NCBI RefSeq assembly: GCF_963853765.1
Contig: NC_088860.1
Location: forward strand, 22,258,001 to 22,322,000
DNA from: Magallana gigas
Taxonomy: Eukaryota
Direction of reading: 5' to 3'
DNA length: 64,000 nt
Positions 16,601-28,984 of the stretch are shown here, piece after piece; the stretch's first letter is position 1; each line of letters starts with the position of its first letter. A program made the translations under genes and the position numbers. The notes below the pieces were generated by a model. The model did no database searches and was not told the DNA's origin. It saw nothing but the letters and a program-made list of their open reading frames with translations.

Positions 16601-17395
16601 ATTTTTTCCGAAATTATTTTTCCACACATTTTTTTTCCCAAAGAAAAATTTATTGGGGCAGGCCATTTTCAGAGAGACGGGGATGAGAATCTAAAAATAA
16701 TTTTATGTGGCCTGAGAAGAGCATGCTTTGTGTCAAATTTTAGCTTCTAATATTTCCATTAATAATACAAAACATGACACAGACAGAATTTAGCATTTTT
16801 GAAACAATGACCTTGAACTTCCTCAATTGACCTTGGGTCAAGGTCATGACATACCCTTTGGTCATAAGCAATATTTGTGTGAAGTAAGAACATTCAATGC
16901 TTCTCAATAAGAAAGATGTGGACCGGACACGAATTTTGCACTTTTTCTGCCAGTGACCTTGACCTTGCCCGATTGACCTTGGGTCATGGTCAAGACACAC
17001 CCTTAGGTTATAAGCAATATTTGTGTGAAGTAAGAATTTCCCATGTTTATCCATAAGAAAGATATGGACTGGACACGATTGCACAGACAGACGGACAGAC
17101 AGACAAGGTGATTCCTATATACCCCCCCCAAACTTTGTTTGTGGGGGGTATAAATACAAATAGGGCCCAGTCCAAGATATTGCATTGTAGACTTCAGCAT
17201 GATTCTGATGTAAGACAAACACATCAGGCTCTAGATTTGTTAAAGGTTTTTGACTTTGACATTTTTCAAATGCCCTATCTTTTTATACTTTCAGTTGTAA
17301 GAGCCCAGTTCCTAGCCATAGAGGTTGCCAGAAACCGTGAAGGATACAACTCACCACTACGGTTTAAGAAGAAAGAAAACTCGGAGCAGACGTAG
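13617..17395 (+). CDS. PBDC1: Polysaccharide biosynthesis domain-containing protein 1 (CXorf26 family), 166 aa
   Basis: join 13617-13637, 13924-13989, 14806-14865, 15309-15449, 15689-15800, 17295-17395; 501 nt, phases consistent. Motifs ELQWAMKSYHHAETYFNLISSVDP, LKLTKMDDEIY, KWRP...EDFNFGTLLRIDC, QFLAIEVARNREGYN. The 7-codon first exon (MANLADF|gtaagg) is less certain. Confidence 0.94.
16249..17154 (+). mobile_element. HINE-like (Helentron-associated) element in PBDC1 intron 5
   Basis: 5' head GTGAGCGAGCTCAC..ATACCCC; two roughly 145-bp core repeats (16809 and 16954, rich in TGACCTTG); (ACAG/ACGG)n microsatellite 17083-17104; terminal hairpin TATACCCCCC..GGGGGGTATA 17116-17152. Confidence 0.8.
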
Positions 17396-18681
17396 CACCT
17401 ACAAGTTATTGTACACCATTAATCGATCAAGATAGGATTGACTGAATTACACCCTAGCATACTTGCAGTGGTTGTAACTTTACTAAAACCTCTTTACATG
17501 TACTGCTGAAAGACTGCTGTTGATGAATGAATTGCATTTCATGTGATATTTTTGCAATGTATAGTTCTACTTTATATTAATATAGTAGATTAATTTATAA
17601 GTACATGTACCAGTACCTGAAAACCTATCATGTTATACTTTGTTGAACATCCACTAATTTGAGTTACATGTAAAGATTCATATCCTGTACAAGTTTTACA
17701 CCAGAAATTTACATCTACTGCACAGGATTTTGTTTGTTGTTCTCCTGAAATTTGTTATTTCAGTGGAACCATTTTTGGAAACAATTCTGTTGAAACTTAT
17801 TGATTTATTTTTTTGGGATGTCATTGCCTATTTTTTGTAAAGGACACTGTGTGACCAAGTCTGAAGTCATTTTTCATTTTCTATGGCATATTCATGGTAA
17901 GAAGACTTTAAGTTTATTTGATATGGTCAAACATATGCTCCTGTTGTTTTAATTTTTTTTTACTCAATATAAAATCAGAATCAAGATTGTTTTATTGTTG
18001 CTGTTTACTTTTTATTTTATGATCGTTCAAGTTCTAGAAATGGCAAACTCTGGTACACTAGTACATTTATATCTGGTCAATTATTACCGGGTACATTGGC
18101 TAGGTAGCGAGACTTTCCCCAGAAGAATAGTTATCCATTAGAAATTTCCTTAGTAGACCGAGACTGGCTAAACAGTGAAAATTCCCCAGTAGACTGGCTA
18201 ACCAGTGAGGTACACCACAGTAGAATGGCTAAACAGGGAATGGTGCTTAGTGTGCCTAAAACTTAAAATGAGCTATTATTATCAATTATACATAACGGCA
18301 AATTTTGAGTCTAGTTGAAAACTTCCTAACTTGATCCTCGGTATGTCAATTTGCTTCATAATATTAATGAACTTTATTAAAATGTTTGAAATCTAAAACC
18401 ATTACCATTTCACATCAAAGTCATGAAAAATGTAATAAAGCACTAATTACAGTACCAATCATGACCAACTCCAAATGATTACCGTAATCTGTTTCCCATG
18501 GAGTAATGAACAGGCTAGTTATTTAATCTTTCATAAAGGATAATATAAACCTTTTCTCCTTCCATTTTTTAAAACATAAATAAACCCAAAAAATTTTTAG
18601 AATTGGATTTTAAAATACTTTATTGATAAATACAGATATCACAGGCAAGACAGAATGAAAAAAAAAATCATATTTGAATAA

Positions 18682-21600
18682 CTAAACCTCAAAATTTATA
18701 ACTCCAAACAATGTATTTACCATCTTTAAGTTGTCAATTTGACTATTTACATTGGTATTTATTTCTTTGTACTGTGAAAGCTCATCTTCTAGCTTGTTTT
18801 GGTAATGCTGCAAAAGAAAAGCCACTCAAATTACTATTTTTCTCTTCCTTTTAACAAGACTAGCTTTTCTCCAACCCCTCAATACAGAATTAACAAATTG
18901 TATTTCCCCATTTGATAATGTAGATGATTAATCAAGAATTTTGGCCACATAATTTTGAACAAAATTATGTGGCCAAAATTCAACCAAATGATGGATCAGC
19001 AGAACAAAAATGTTTTGGAAAGGTTATATTCCTGGTATATGTAACTACCGTAAACTTATTCAAAGCACAAGATGATAAATTTTCATACCTTTAATTCAGT
19101 AATCTGTTTGATTAGAAAGGTGTTTTCTTCTTGGATCAGTTTAAAATGTCTTCGTATTTGTTTAATTTCAAACTCTCTATCTGTGGGAAAAAAAATAAAA
19201 ACCACAATTACAAACTAGTTTTTCACCATCGAAGTATGTTGCATGCTTGAAGACTTTCATGAAAAACTATGCTGTACATGTATTCATACGCATACGTTGT
19301 TCAGCAAAGCGGGTGCTCATGAGCCATGCCAAAATTATTTATACCTGTACCTGAACACAAATTTTGGCAAGCGCTTGCTCTGCTGAACATGCCTCATGCA
19401 TTTGTTAGTTCTATGGGAATTTTTTAAGCTTAAAAAAGTACCTAAATTTTCTTGTAAAAACCCATGGATAAATCCTTGAACATCAACAGGTGAGGTTTTC
19501 TCTGTGATGTCATGCTGCGAGTCACAGATACCATCCCCTGATTGGCTGCTCTCGTTGCCAAGGTGACTTGAGACTAGTGACGACTCGACAAGATCCTGAG
19601 ATTCCTGCTCGGCTTGTAACTGCATGTCCTTCTGAATTTCCCCTGTGATGTTCTGTAAATGTTGTCTTCCAAACATGTGTTCCTTTTTGTTGTGAAGGGA
19701 ACTGAAGTATTGGTCACAAACACGGCAGTATAGTTCATTCATACTACCCTGCAATGAAACAGATTTTTTTATCCAAGGTATTTTTTGTGTTATGCAAATA
19801 TGAATTAAATATATAAAGATTTTTTGTTTGTGTAATTCTATAAAAAAAAAAAAAAAAAAAAGATCATCAAGAAAAATACTACACACATCGTATATACCCT
19901 GGCAAGTCTGAATTCATGTTACAATAGTGATGATTAAAGATTCTCACAAAAAATTCAGTTAAAAGTCTTTTATTTTTTTTATGTTCTATTGAAATTAGAG
20001 CATTTGACCATACCTCATCTTCATCCAGTGAGTAAGGAAAAGTTTCATCCACATGTATTTCTGTACCTGTCAAAAAAAAAGAAAGATGAATCATTAACAC
20101 TTTAAAGAGGAATTTTTCTCTATTTTTTTTAAGCGTAAATTGTCATCCACCTACCAGTAAGAAACCCCTTTCCTTTTTTTTTCTTCATCACGCTTTGGTA
20201 AGCCTCAGATTGTTGAAAAGTTTTTAATTGTTCCATGTAACGCTTCTTATCTTCTTCTGCTGCCAGCAGATATTTCTATTTATAACAAAAAATGTATTTG
20301 AAACTTCAAGATTGATGCATGAGACCCCTCATTCTTTCAGTTGAAAGACAAAGAAAATGCTGAATTTTGGTCTTATGTAGAATAAGCTGGAAATGCACTT
20401 TTTAAGTGACATCATGCAAACAAAATAAAGTGTTTAATTTTTAAGGTTTTAATCTGTTTTGAACAAGTTGTCTTTTAATCAACAATATAATATAAAATTC
20501 TAATTCTAATATGTAGTTTCAATTTTTAATTCCATTTCAATATAGCGCCAAATTAGATGCCAAGTAAACCTTGTTCTTTGAATGCGGGTGGGTGGGGGGA
20601 TGGGATTGATGTTTTGAAAGAAAAATAGACATATATTTGTATATATTTAATACCTGTTTCTTTTGACTGTCTAACGTAGACCACTCATTACCAAGAATTT
20701 TAGTGACTTCTGGAAATGACAGTTCAGGATTACTGGCTTTTATTTCCTGTCTTCTCTCTATGGCATACATTACATATCTACAATAAGAAATCAAAGTACT
20801 GAAGTACTGACGGGAGTTGATTTTATCGATTATCATTTATTTTAAAATCAATTTATCTTGCATGGCAATTAGTTTCTAGTTTGTATTTGAATCACGCACT
20901 TTTATATAATATGAATTTTTAGACTTTTCCGACAAGAATTTCGAGAAACCCCTTATGAATCATGTTGTGTAATATTTAAAGATAGATTTCAACTACTAGT
21001 ATGTATTAGTTATCAAAGCAATTCTAAAAATTGTATGGATCCAAGCACTATTGATATCGAACTCTAGTCTCGTTTAACTAGACGCTCGGCTGTCTCCGTT
21101 AATATCCGACAAGCAAGAGAGCCCCCTCTATGCTTGTCGCAGATTTACGGAGACAGTCGAGCGTCTGGTTGAACGAGACTATATTAACTCTGGTGTAGGA
21201 ATATATGAGACTACAAAAATATCTAGATTGTTTATAGTATATAAAATTTGACTATTTTCTAAGTGTTTATAGATAAGTTTCCTTGAAAAACAATGCTTCA
21301 GCATACATTACATCGAATTTTGTTCTATTATTTTCAAGAAATTAGTCTTGTCAGTGGTGATGATTTGTGCTTAGATCCAAACACTGTTTCACTTTCGGTT
21401 TGCCAGAGTAACTGCATAGGAGAGTTGATTAAAATCAACTCCTAAAAAATGAAATCTGATCTTATCACATTACATAATTACTGCGAATTATCTGCATGTA
21501 CAAATGTACCAATATACTGGTATTTAATCTGTAGCACTTAAAATTACATTAATGGATAATTTCAAATAAATCTATGAACAAAACACAAAATTATTTTATC

Positions 21601-24348
21601 ATATCAATGTACAGACCCAGTTAGTGGGGCTTTGGGTGCATTCACATTGGGGACATTTTTACGTCTTTTTCCTTTCGGCCATCCTCCTCTTTTCTTCTGC
21701 TCTGGAACCTGTGAAAGTGTTCAAAATATCAATAATTTTTCTTAACATTTATGAAACTATTGTCAATAATTCAATTCAAATGTGTTGTCTTCAGCATAAT
21801 TGTGTGCTAGTGTATTTTGGACAGTACATTAAGATCAACATCAATCATTCCCCAGTGCATATAATACCTACTTAAGGCATTATTTCTAGAACCATTTTAA
21901 CAAGAGCTCGGACTTTTGGTAGTTGTGTTAAACAGCAATGTGATGTAGGCTTGTCTATTTCATTGGTAGACACCCAGCCATAGCTCTTTGAAATCAACAA
22001 GATTTGTCTGGCTTTTGAGCCAAGACTAAGCAATTGGTACATATTTCGCTTGAAACCGTGTCATTTTTTAGTTGTTTAGATGCAAGAAATAGATAGCTAC
22101 GCCCTACTGAAAGTCCAAAGTCTTATTAATAATGGTTCTAATTCAATGCCAATGCTTCATGATAAAGACTCATAGTACTCATAGATAAATAACTTTATCT
22201 ACAATGTTGCAAATAAGCAGGAAATGGTAAAACAAGTCCAACCTTCTGTGACTCCTTTTCGGATGGAGACACCGAGATACATGTACTATCTGCATTATTC
22301 AGTAGTTGTTCTGTGGTGGTATCAGAGATGTCTTCAGTGTCCAGTGCCTCTCCCACATCGGTCTGTACCCCAAGTAACACACCCACTCCTTGTGGATCCA
22401 CCATCCCTTCCTGCTGCACCCCCGTCAACAAGGACCCTACTCAAAGATGTCACATGTAGGTCAATTTTCAAATTTGACAACACTACTTGCAAGTGAACAA
22501 TTTTCCTTAAACATTATATACTGTAAATTCCAAACTGATAGCAATGGATGAATTTAAAGTAAAATCACAAAAAGCAGTTCTTGTGGATTTCACTTTTGTC
22601 TTTCTGAAAGTTGATAATTTCATAAAATTTCAACAAAAGTTCATGATATTATACTCTCAATTTTTATTTATAAAACGGCAAAATTGCTTAATTAAATTGA
22701 AAATAAATGAATCTACAGCATGAAGTATTTTGATTTATCACCTTTTTTCAATTATCTAATAATCAATACTCAAAATTGATTCAAATTCACTAGATATACA
22801 GGTAACTCTCGATGGCTCGAACTTCGATCGCTCGAAGTTCTTGATCGCTCGAAGTGAGTCTAGGGTCCCAATTTTTTTTCCTATATAACTAAGCAAATTT
22901 ACTCTTGATTTCTCGAACTCTTGATCTCTCTAAACCCTTGATCTCTCGAAGTTAAACTGCAGTCCCGTTCTTCATATTATATAGTTGCTTACTCTCGATA
23001 CCTCGAAGTCGCTGTGTATCTCCAAGCGCTATACCTAATTAACACCTACTTGGCCATTTGAATGGTTCCAGGCGTTCGACGCGGGACCCGTGTCACGGGT
23101 TGTTTATTCAGGTGACACTTGTCCACCGTGGAGATGCAATGAAAATGAGAAATTAATTGAGACGAAACGATAATATTGAGCTATGATCGTCAAAATTTAG
23201 AATTATAAAACTGTAAAAATTAAGCTTATCAGCATCATTGTCATAAAATGATTATTGCTGAACATGTTCTTACAACTGGTGAAGGACCCGTACAATGGGA
23301 ACAATGGGTGATACTCAGTTATCACATTTATGACATGTCGATCGTCTTGCAGTCCAGTAGTACTGAGCTATATGGTCTTAATATGTTGCATGAAATACAT
23401 AATTATAATGAATTTATTCAATAGTTGTTTGTATTTAGTTTTAATAACATCCAGTACTGTTTATTTTACTGAAAAGAAAACGTTGTTTAATCACGGGCGA
23501 AAGATTAGAACTAAATAAATGGCTTCATCATAACATCTGGTAAGACTAATTTTAAAACCCGTCGGTCAACCCGGAAAATTCCGAACTCTTGAAAACTCGA
23601 ACTCTTGAAACCTCGAAGTTTTTTCTTGGTCCCATGGACTTCGAGCTATCGAGAGTTACCTGTAGCTGTAACATCAACATTTTGTCATTGTGCATTCTTT
23701 GTATTAGAGGTTCTTGAATTACATTTGACATACCTGCAGCTGTTGTAGTAAGCAGTTGTCTTCCCTGTAACTCGGGGCTTGTTGATATCCCAGTATAGTT
23801 CAAATTGTTCATTTCATTTGAAACAGATAGGAACATATTGCTGAAAATGAAAAAATTATATTCAATAATTATATTAATTGAATCTGAAACACAAGATTTG
23901 CATTCTAATAGAAACATTTTTGCTTGTTTTACCTTTAGCTATTTGAACTTTGTTTAAAGGTACAAGAAGACTTTATGCTAATAGATGCCACACAAAAATC
24001 TACTCTGAGCATAATGGTCTCTTGGAGTCTTTTCTATTTGTTATCATCACTATATAACATCATCTTTGAGATTATCGTAACCAGTTAGTTGAGTAAATAT
24101 ATGTCATATTCCTATTTCAAACCCATATTTTAATTTTTTTTTTAATGATACTATTACCCTCTCTGTGTTTCCAGAAGAACAAGGCCATTGCTGTCGGTGA
24201 TGAGGTAAGCAGTCTGTGAAGTTTGCATCACGTCTCCTTTGTCTGTCTCTCCAAGAGGACTTAGTGTGTTAATAGGATCAGTAATGCATCCATCGCCTGC
24301 ATTTTCTACAGTACAAGCCATTGTCATCATGTCTTGTTCCATTGTCAT
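18682..24348 (-). CDS. HMG20A/B-like HMG-box protein with an additional U1/matrin-type C2H2 zinc finger and C-terminal coiled coil, about 468 aa
   Basis: complement join 24158-24348, 23734-23840, 22243-22436, 21617-21708, 20654-20777, 20155-20275, 20014-20066, 19442-19748, 19089-19180, 18682-18807; phases consistent. KKRGGWPKGKRRK..NAPKAPLTGYVMYAIERRQEIKASNPELSFPEVTKILGNEWS..KYLLAAEEDKKRYMEQLKTFQQSEAY is an HMG20-type box, and CRVC-x12-H-x5-H is the finger. The end is ambiguous: read-through to TAG at 18682 versus a possible donor at 18720. Confidence 0.88.
20790..21445. mobile_element. Interspersed repeat, copy 1 (copy 2 at 26840-27470), with GGGAGTTGATTTT / AAAATCAACTCC inverted motifs and a nested hairpin MITE
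   Basis: Collinear high-similarity match to 26840-27470, visible by eye along the whole length. Confidence 0.8.
21069..21180. mobile_element. Nested palindromic MITE (TAGTCTCG...CGAGACTA)
   Basis: Long inverted arms TAGTCTCGTTTAACTAGACGCTCGGCTGTCTCCGT / ACGGAGACAGTCGAGCGTCTGGTTGAACGAGACTA. A second copy at about 27120-27208 is flanked by tattgaactc / tattgaattc. Confidence 0.75.
21888..22140. mobile_element. About 260-bp MITE family, copy 1 of 3 (others 26529-26784 and 47326-47598)
   Basis: TIRs TAGAACCATTTTAACAAGAG..GACTTT / AAAGTCCAA..TTAAAATGGTTCTA with shared interior GCTCTTTGAAATCAACAAG. Confidence 0.8.
22797..23664. mobile_element. Tc1/mariner (pogo-like) non-autonomous element in HMG20-like intron
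   Basis: TA|CAGGTAACTCTCGATGGCTCGAA...TTCGAGCTATCGAGAGTTACCTG|TA TIRs, with subterminal CTCGAA tandem motifs. Confidence 0.85.
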
Positions 24349-25287
24349 TTAAATTACACTTTCTACCTGAAATAAATACTTAATTATTTCAATCTGTGTG
24401 GTTGGTTCTCAGAAATCTACTCTGATCTGCAACAGTATCATTCAAAAGATCTCCTAAAGTATTTTTGTGGGATTATCATAAGGATAAGGTGGATAGTGCA
24501 GATTTAACTCAAATAAAAGATAAGAGAAATGGTTGACTGCAAAAAATAAAATAGGCGCAAGACACATATCCATATCCCTATTTATTAAACATTTGTGGAC
24601 CCAATTTCCAGACATGAATTATGAAAGACTGTTCCAAGATTCAGTGAAGACGTCAATCCAAAAGGCAAAGTTGAATTACAAAGAATACTAAGAAAAAGCA
24701 AATCCTGAAAAGCTGTTAACAAAAATTAAGATAAATGTGATATATTAGAGTAAGACTGTAAGTTCGGGAACACATCAGGAATACTTACCAAAGTCAATAC
24801 AGGATGAAGATTACTATTCTCTAAACTTCAAATGTGAACGGAAGGCGTGCTGTTTTCCGGATTAAACAAAATACCAACATCAAAATGTTTTACAAAATGT
24901 ATCCGAATTTATATTTCTGTTTATCAGTATCGATAAAACATTATTGATATCATTTGAGCTGATTATAGCGGATCAACTTGTCAACTTTAATTTTTCTTGC
25001 AGGGAGTGCGTTTGAATGTGAATATTTATGATATGGAATGAATATGCAGTTAGTTTTTTAGCGTGTGAAATTCTTTGATAGGATATGCCAGATTAATTAT
25101 CATAAATTCATAACTTTTTTTAATCGGAGGAGATACGTGACAATCCCAACTACATCCATAAAGGGTGTGATAAAAGGTGAAATAACATGAATAAAGGGTG
25201 ATGATACGGGGGTGTGATAAAGGCGCGTGTCACTTGTTCATATCACAGTATCAGGGGTGCAAAACCCTGTTTTTTATACCAAGTATA

Positions 25288-25565
25288 TAAGGCCTAAAAA
25301 AAAGTTGTGTGTTTAGGGTAACCCGACCTAACCTACAAAAATGCCCCGATCCTGCCATTTTTAGATGTCTGTTTTTATCTGATTGTGAATTTTATATTAT
25401 TTCTATTAAAAAAATCCGTTTTTAAATACATGTATGACACAAACAAACATTCTTAGGATTCATGCAGAAAAAAATATGATAAGATAAAAAAAAATCCCTA
25501 CCTACCTAACCTAATTTTTTCATCAGTGTTACCCTAAACACACAAAAAAAAATTTATAGGCCTAA
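25288..25565. mobile_element. MITE with TAAGGCC/TAGGCCTA ends
   Basis: TIRs GGCCTAAAAAAAAGTTGTGTGTTTAGGGTAAC / GTTACCCTAAACACACAAAAAAAAATTTATAGGCC; internal CCTACCTACCT motifs. Confidence 0.8.
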
Positions 25566-26053
25566 TAAAGACACTTAATTCTTTAATACAAAATGTCTGA
25601 CATGGGTTCTGTCACGAAGCTGCACTGACTGATTCTACTGTTCTATTGGCACATGTAAATTCCACGCGCGTCGCGTAATTCTGATTTATCTTGGGCGTAA
25701 TGTTATTGATTTGTTAGGAAATATTTTAATAAAAAAGTAGATTTGGGCATGGTAAGGGGAAACTTACATGTAAATGCAAGTAAACCATGAATAGTCTAGA
25801 GGAATTTAAGGGATTCATAGACACTAAACGTACTAAATAAAAGGACCCCGGATCCACTTATAGAGACTTTTAGCTGAAATGTATATATTTACATTTTCCA
25901 GTGTCTTTGCCTGTGATAACACTATACGTTACGATTTTGTACTCTATAACCCATAACTACAAATGACGCCAAATTGAGGCGCCAGCGGGGTTTGCTTATT
26001 TATATTTAAATATTTAATCTTACGATGGCTTAAAATTATATAAATATAAGTAG

Positions 26054-26205
26054 TAAGGACTCATTTTTGTTAATATTATGAGGTGATAATTTCGGTCGGG
26101 GCGTGATCAAATCTATCAAAAAGCCTTCGAGCTTTATTGGATTTGATCACGCCCCGACCAAACTTATCACCTCATGATACTCAAAGAATTATTTCTTATT
26201 CCTTA
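26054..26205. repeat. Long palindrome (foldback element)
   Basis: Arms ATGAGGTGATAATTTCGGTCGGGGCGTGATCAAATC and GATTTGATCACGCCCCGACCAAACTTATCACCTCAT, extending to TAAGGA..TCCTTA. Confidence 0.8.
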
Positions 26206-26528
26206 ATTAATATCATTGCAATTGTTATATATATGCCTAATATTGCTCCTAATGTGCACGTGATCAATTTTCTGTAATTCTTTGCTTACTTTAAACGGAC
26301 ATTGAAACTTGTGAAGTTTTTCATTTTGATCAATTACTAGTAAGTGCCCACAATTTTAAAATATGACACCAATAACGAAGATACACCAAATACTGAACCT
26401 TTCCCCGTCCATTTCGCATCATTAACATAAAACTGCTTGTTTTCATGACTTTCCCCCAGAAAACATTGAGCGATTGCTTGAAGATACTGTACAAAACATT
26501 TCCATCAAAGATGTGTCTAACCAAGACT

Positions 26529-26784
26529 TAGAACCATTTTAACAAGAGCTTGGACTTTGGGTAGTTGTACGTGTCAATCGGCGATATGACGTAGACCTGT
26601 CTATTTCATTGCCGGCCACTCAGTCATGGCTCTTTGAAATCAACAAGATTTGTCTGGCTTTGGAGCGAAGACTACGTAATTGATGTATATTTCGCTTGAA
26701 ACCAGCGTCATTTGAAGTTGTTTTGACGCAAAAATAGATAGTTATATCCAACTGAAAGTCCAAGGCCTTGTTAAAATGGTTCTA
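26529..26784. mobile_element. About 260-bp MITE family, copy 2 of 3
   Basis: Same TIRs and interior as 21888-22140. Confidence 0.8.
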
Positions 26785-26839
26785 TAAGCGACAAAAAAGT
26801 TATTCTTGGTTTAGAGCGTCGCTATATAATTCCCATTCA

Positions 26840-27470
26840 AATCAAAGTACTGAAGAACTGACGGGAGTTGATTTTGTCGATGTTTATTTATTTTAAAATC
26901 AATAATATGTTATTTTGCATGACAAGTACATGTAGTTTCTAATTTGTATTACGCACATTTTTATAATATGAATTTTTGGACTTTTTCGACAAGAATGTCT
27001 AGAAATCCCATATGAATCATGTTAAATAATATTTAAAGATAAAATTAATTCAATCAAACTATGTATCAGTAATAGAAATATTTCTCGAAAATTGTATGGA
27101 TCCAAGCAATATTGAACTCTAGTCTCGTTCAACCAAACGCTCGGCTGACACCGTAAATCTCCGACAAGGATTTACGGAGACAGCCGAGCGTCGAGTTGAA
27201 CGAGACTATATTGAATTCTTGCGTAGGAATACATACGACTACAAAAAATATTTAAATTGTTCGTACCATTTAAAATCTGAATATTTTCAAGGTATTTATA
27301 AATAAGTTTCCTTGAAAAAAAATGCTTTAGCATACATTACATCGAATTTATCGATTATTTTCAAGAACTAAGTCTTGTCAGCAGCAATGATTTGTGCTGA
27401 GGTCCAAACACTGTTTCACTTTCGGTTTGTCTGAGTAACTGCATAGGAGAGTTGATTAAAATCAACTCCC
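26840..27470. mobile_element. Interspersed repeat, copy 2 (matches 20790-21445)
   Basis: Direct sequence match, including the nested hairpin MITE. Confidence 0.8.
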
Positions 27471-28984
27471 AAAAACGATATGAAAAATGTTAATTTAATT
27501 ATGACTGATTTTGATTGAATTACCAAAATATAGCTTCGCTTCTGACGTCATGTACTGATAGTGAGAGCAAATAAATCGATTAATTAGATGTAAACATATA
27601 CTATATATCATCTATTCATAAGAATAACATAGCAATTCAATTTTTATAGATGAGACTCTTTTTAAAAAATCGAATTATGGGGGCCATATTTGTCTCATAT
27701 GTCATGCATATTTGTGATCGTATATATGCATGTAATTAAAAACTTCAGCGTAAAATAGACTAAACAATAGGAAATTAATTTTGCTTAACTATTATTATTG
27801 CTCAGCATCGATAAATTCAGTTCAATTTAATATTTCGCCGGAACCATGAAATGGTCCATATGAAGTCATACAGAATAAAATCAACACGGGCGAGATGTAT
27901 ATAGATTTATATATCCAAATAAAATAATCAGTCGACCCAAGTGCCCGGCAATAAATATTAAAACAAAAATACAACACTATAATCCCAAAAACGTAAGCGC
28001 TTTCATTTCTTCCTCAGACGTTTTACAATACATTTTCCCATAACTTCAATTTTAGTGTGAATTTTCTTCCTTTCGCTTCAATTATTTACATGTTTCCAAA
28101 AAAGTGGGAGGGGGCAACTCCACGTTAATTCACTTTTTTAAATATGTAATTTTACGAACAATCTTTCCTGCGAGAAAAGGAGGGGCAGGCTCTAACCCCC
28201 CACCCCGAAGCTACGTGCCCGTTCTGATCATTGTTTTTTTTGTTTTTGTTTTTTTTTTCTCGTGATTTTTCTGTGTGGGTTTACCATTTCTTTTGATTAA
28301 TTGGAAGTGAAAAACCAAGTTATAAATTAATTTTTAATGGTCTTGGGGTTAAAACTAAGTATAATTAATATATATAGCACGGGTCAAACCACCCGAGACA
28401 ATATGTCTGTTGATTGAGCTATGGGTTTAAAAAATTGTCAGCTCTGGATAAAATGAAGTATACACTTTCTGCCGTGAGAATAAACATATTTGAATTTCGA
28501 ATCAATAAAACTTAATAAAAAATGACCGAAACAAAATAAATATTTTTATATTGTCACTGTTAATTCATTTATTACAATCTAAATTGAGAATGGAAAAGGG
28601 ATTATAAAGTTGACTTCTGTGTAATGGAGCACGTAGTACTATATTTGCGTTCGCAAAAAAAAAATTGAGCCAGCTCAGAGTAACACGCAGTACTATTAAG
28701 CTAGGTCAGCTGATTTTGTAAACACATTTCGCATTGGGTCATGTGGTCTAAATCGACCAATTCAAGATGAGATTGATATCACGTGATCTGCCATAACAAA
28801 ATTCAGGAAAACAATCGACGTTCGCGGGAGCATAAACTGTGGTGATTTGTTAGGTGTTACTTTCAGTAATTAATTGTTGTCTGCAACTTTGCTTTGTTGC
28901 ATTTTCAAAGCAGGCTTCTTGCAAACCTCCTTAGAGTTATATTCGCCACCGTTAGTGCTGTCACACGAAGAATTTGAAGTGAAA

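Noticed and set aside
18161-18240. Three units of 30-31 bp (AGACTGGCTAAACAGTG plus variable part) resembling a mini CRISPR array
   Set aside because: Eukaryotic context, short degenerate repeat, variable parts of only about 12 bp and no cas genes; an ordinary minisatellite.
28874-28984. In-frame N-terminal extension of PDCD4 from TTG 28874
   Set aside because: It spans a pyrimidine-rich acceptor (ttttcaaag/cag at about 28910) and has no PDCD4-like sequence; ATG 28985 is the more plausible start.
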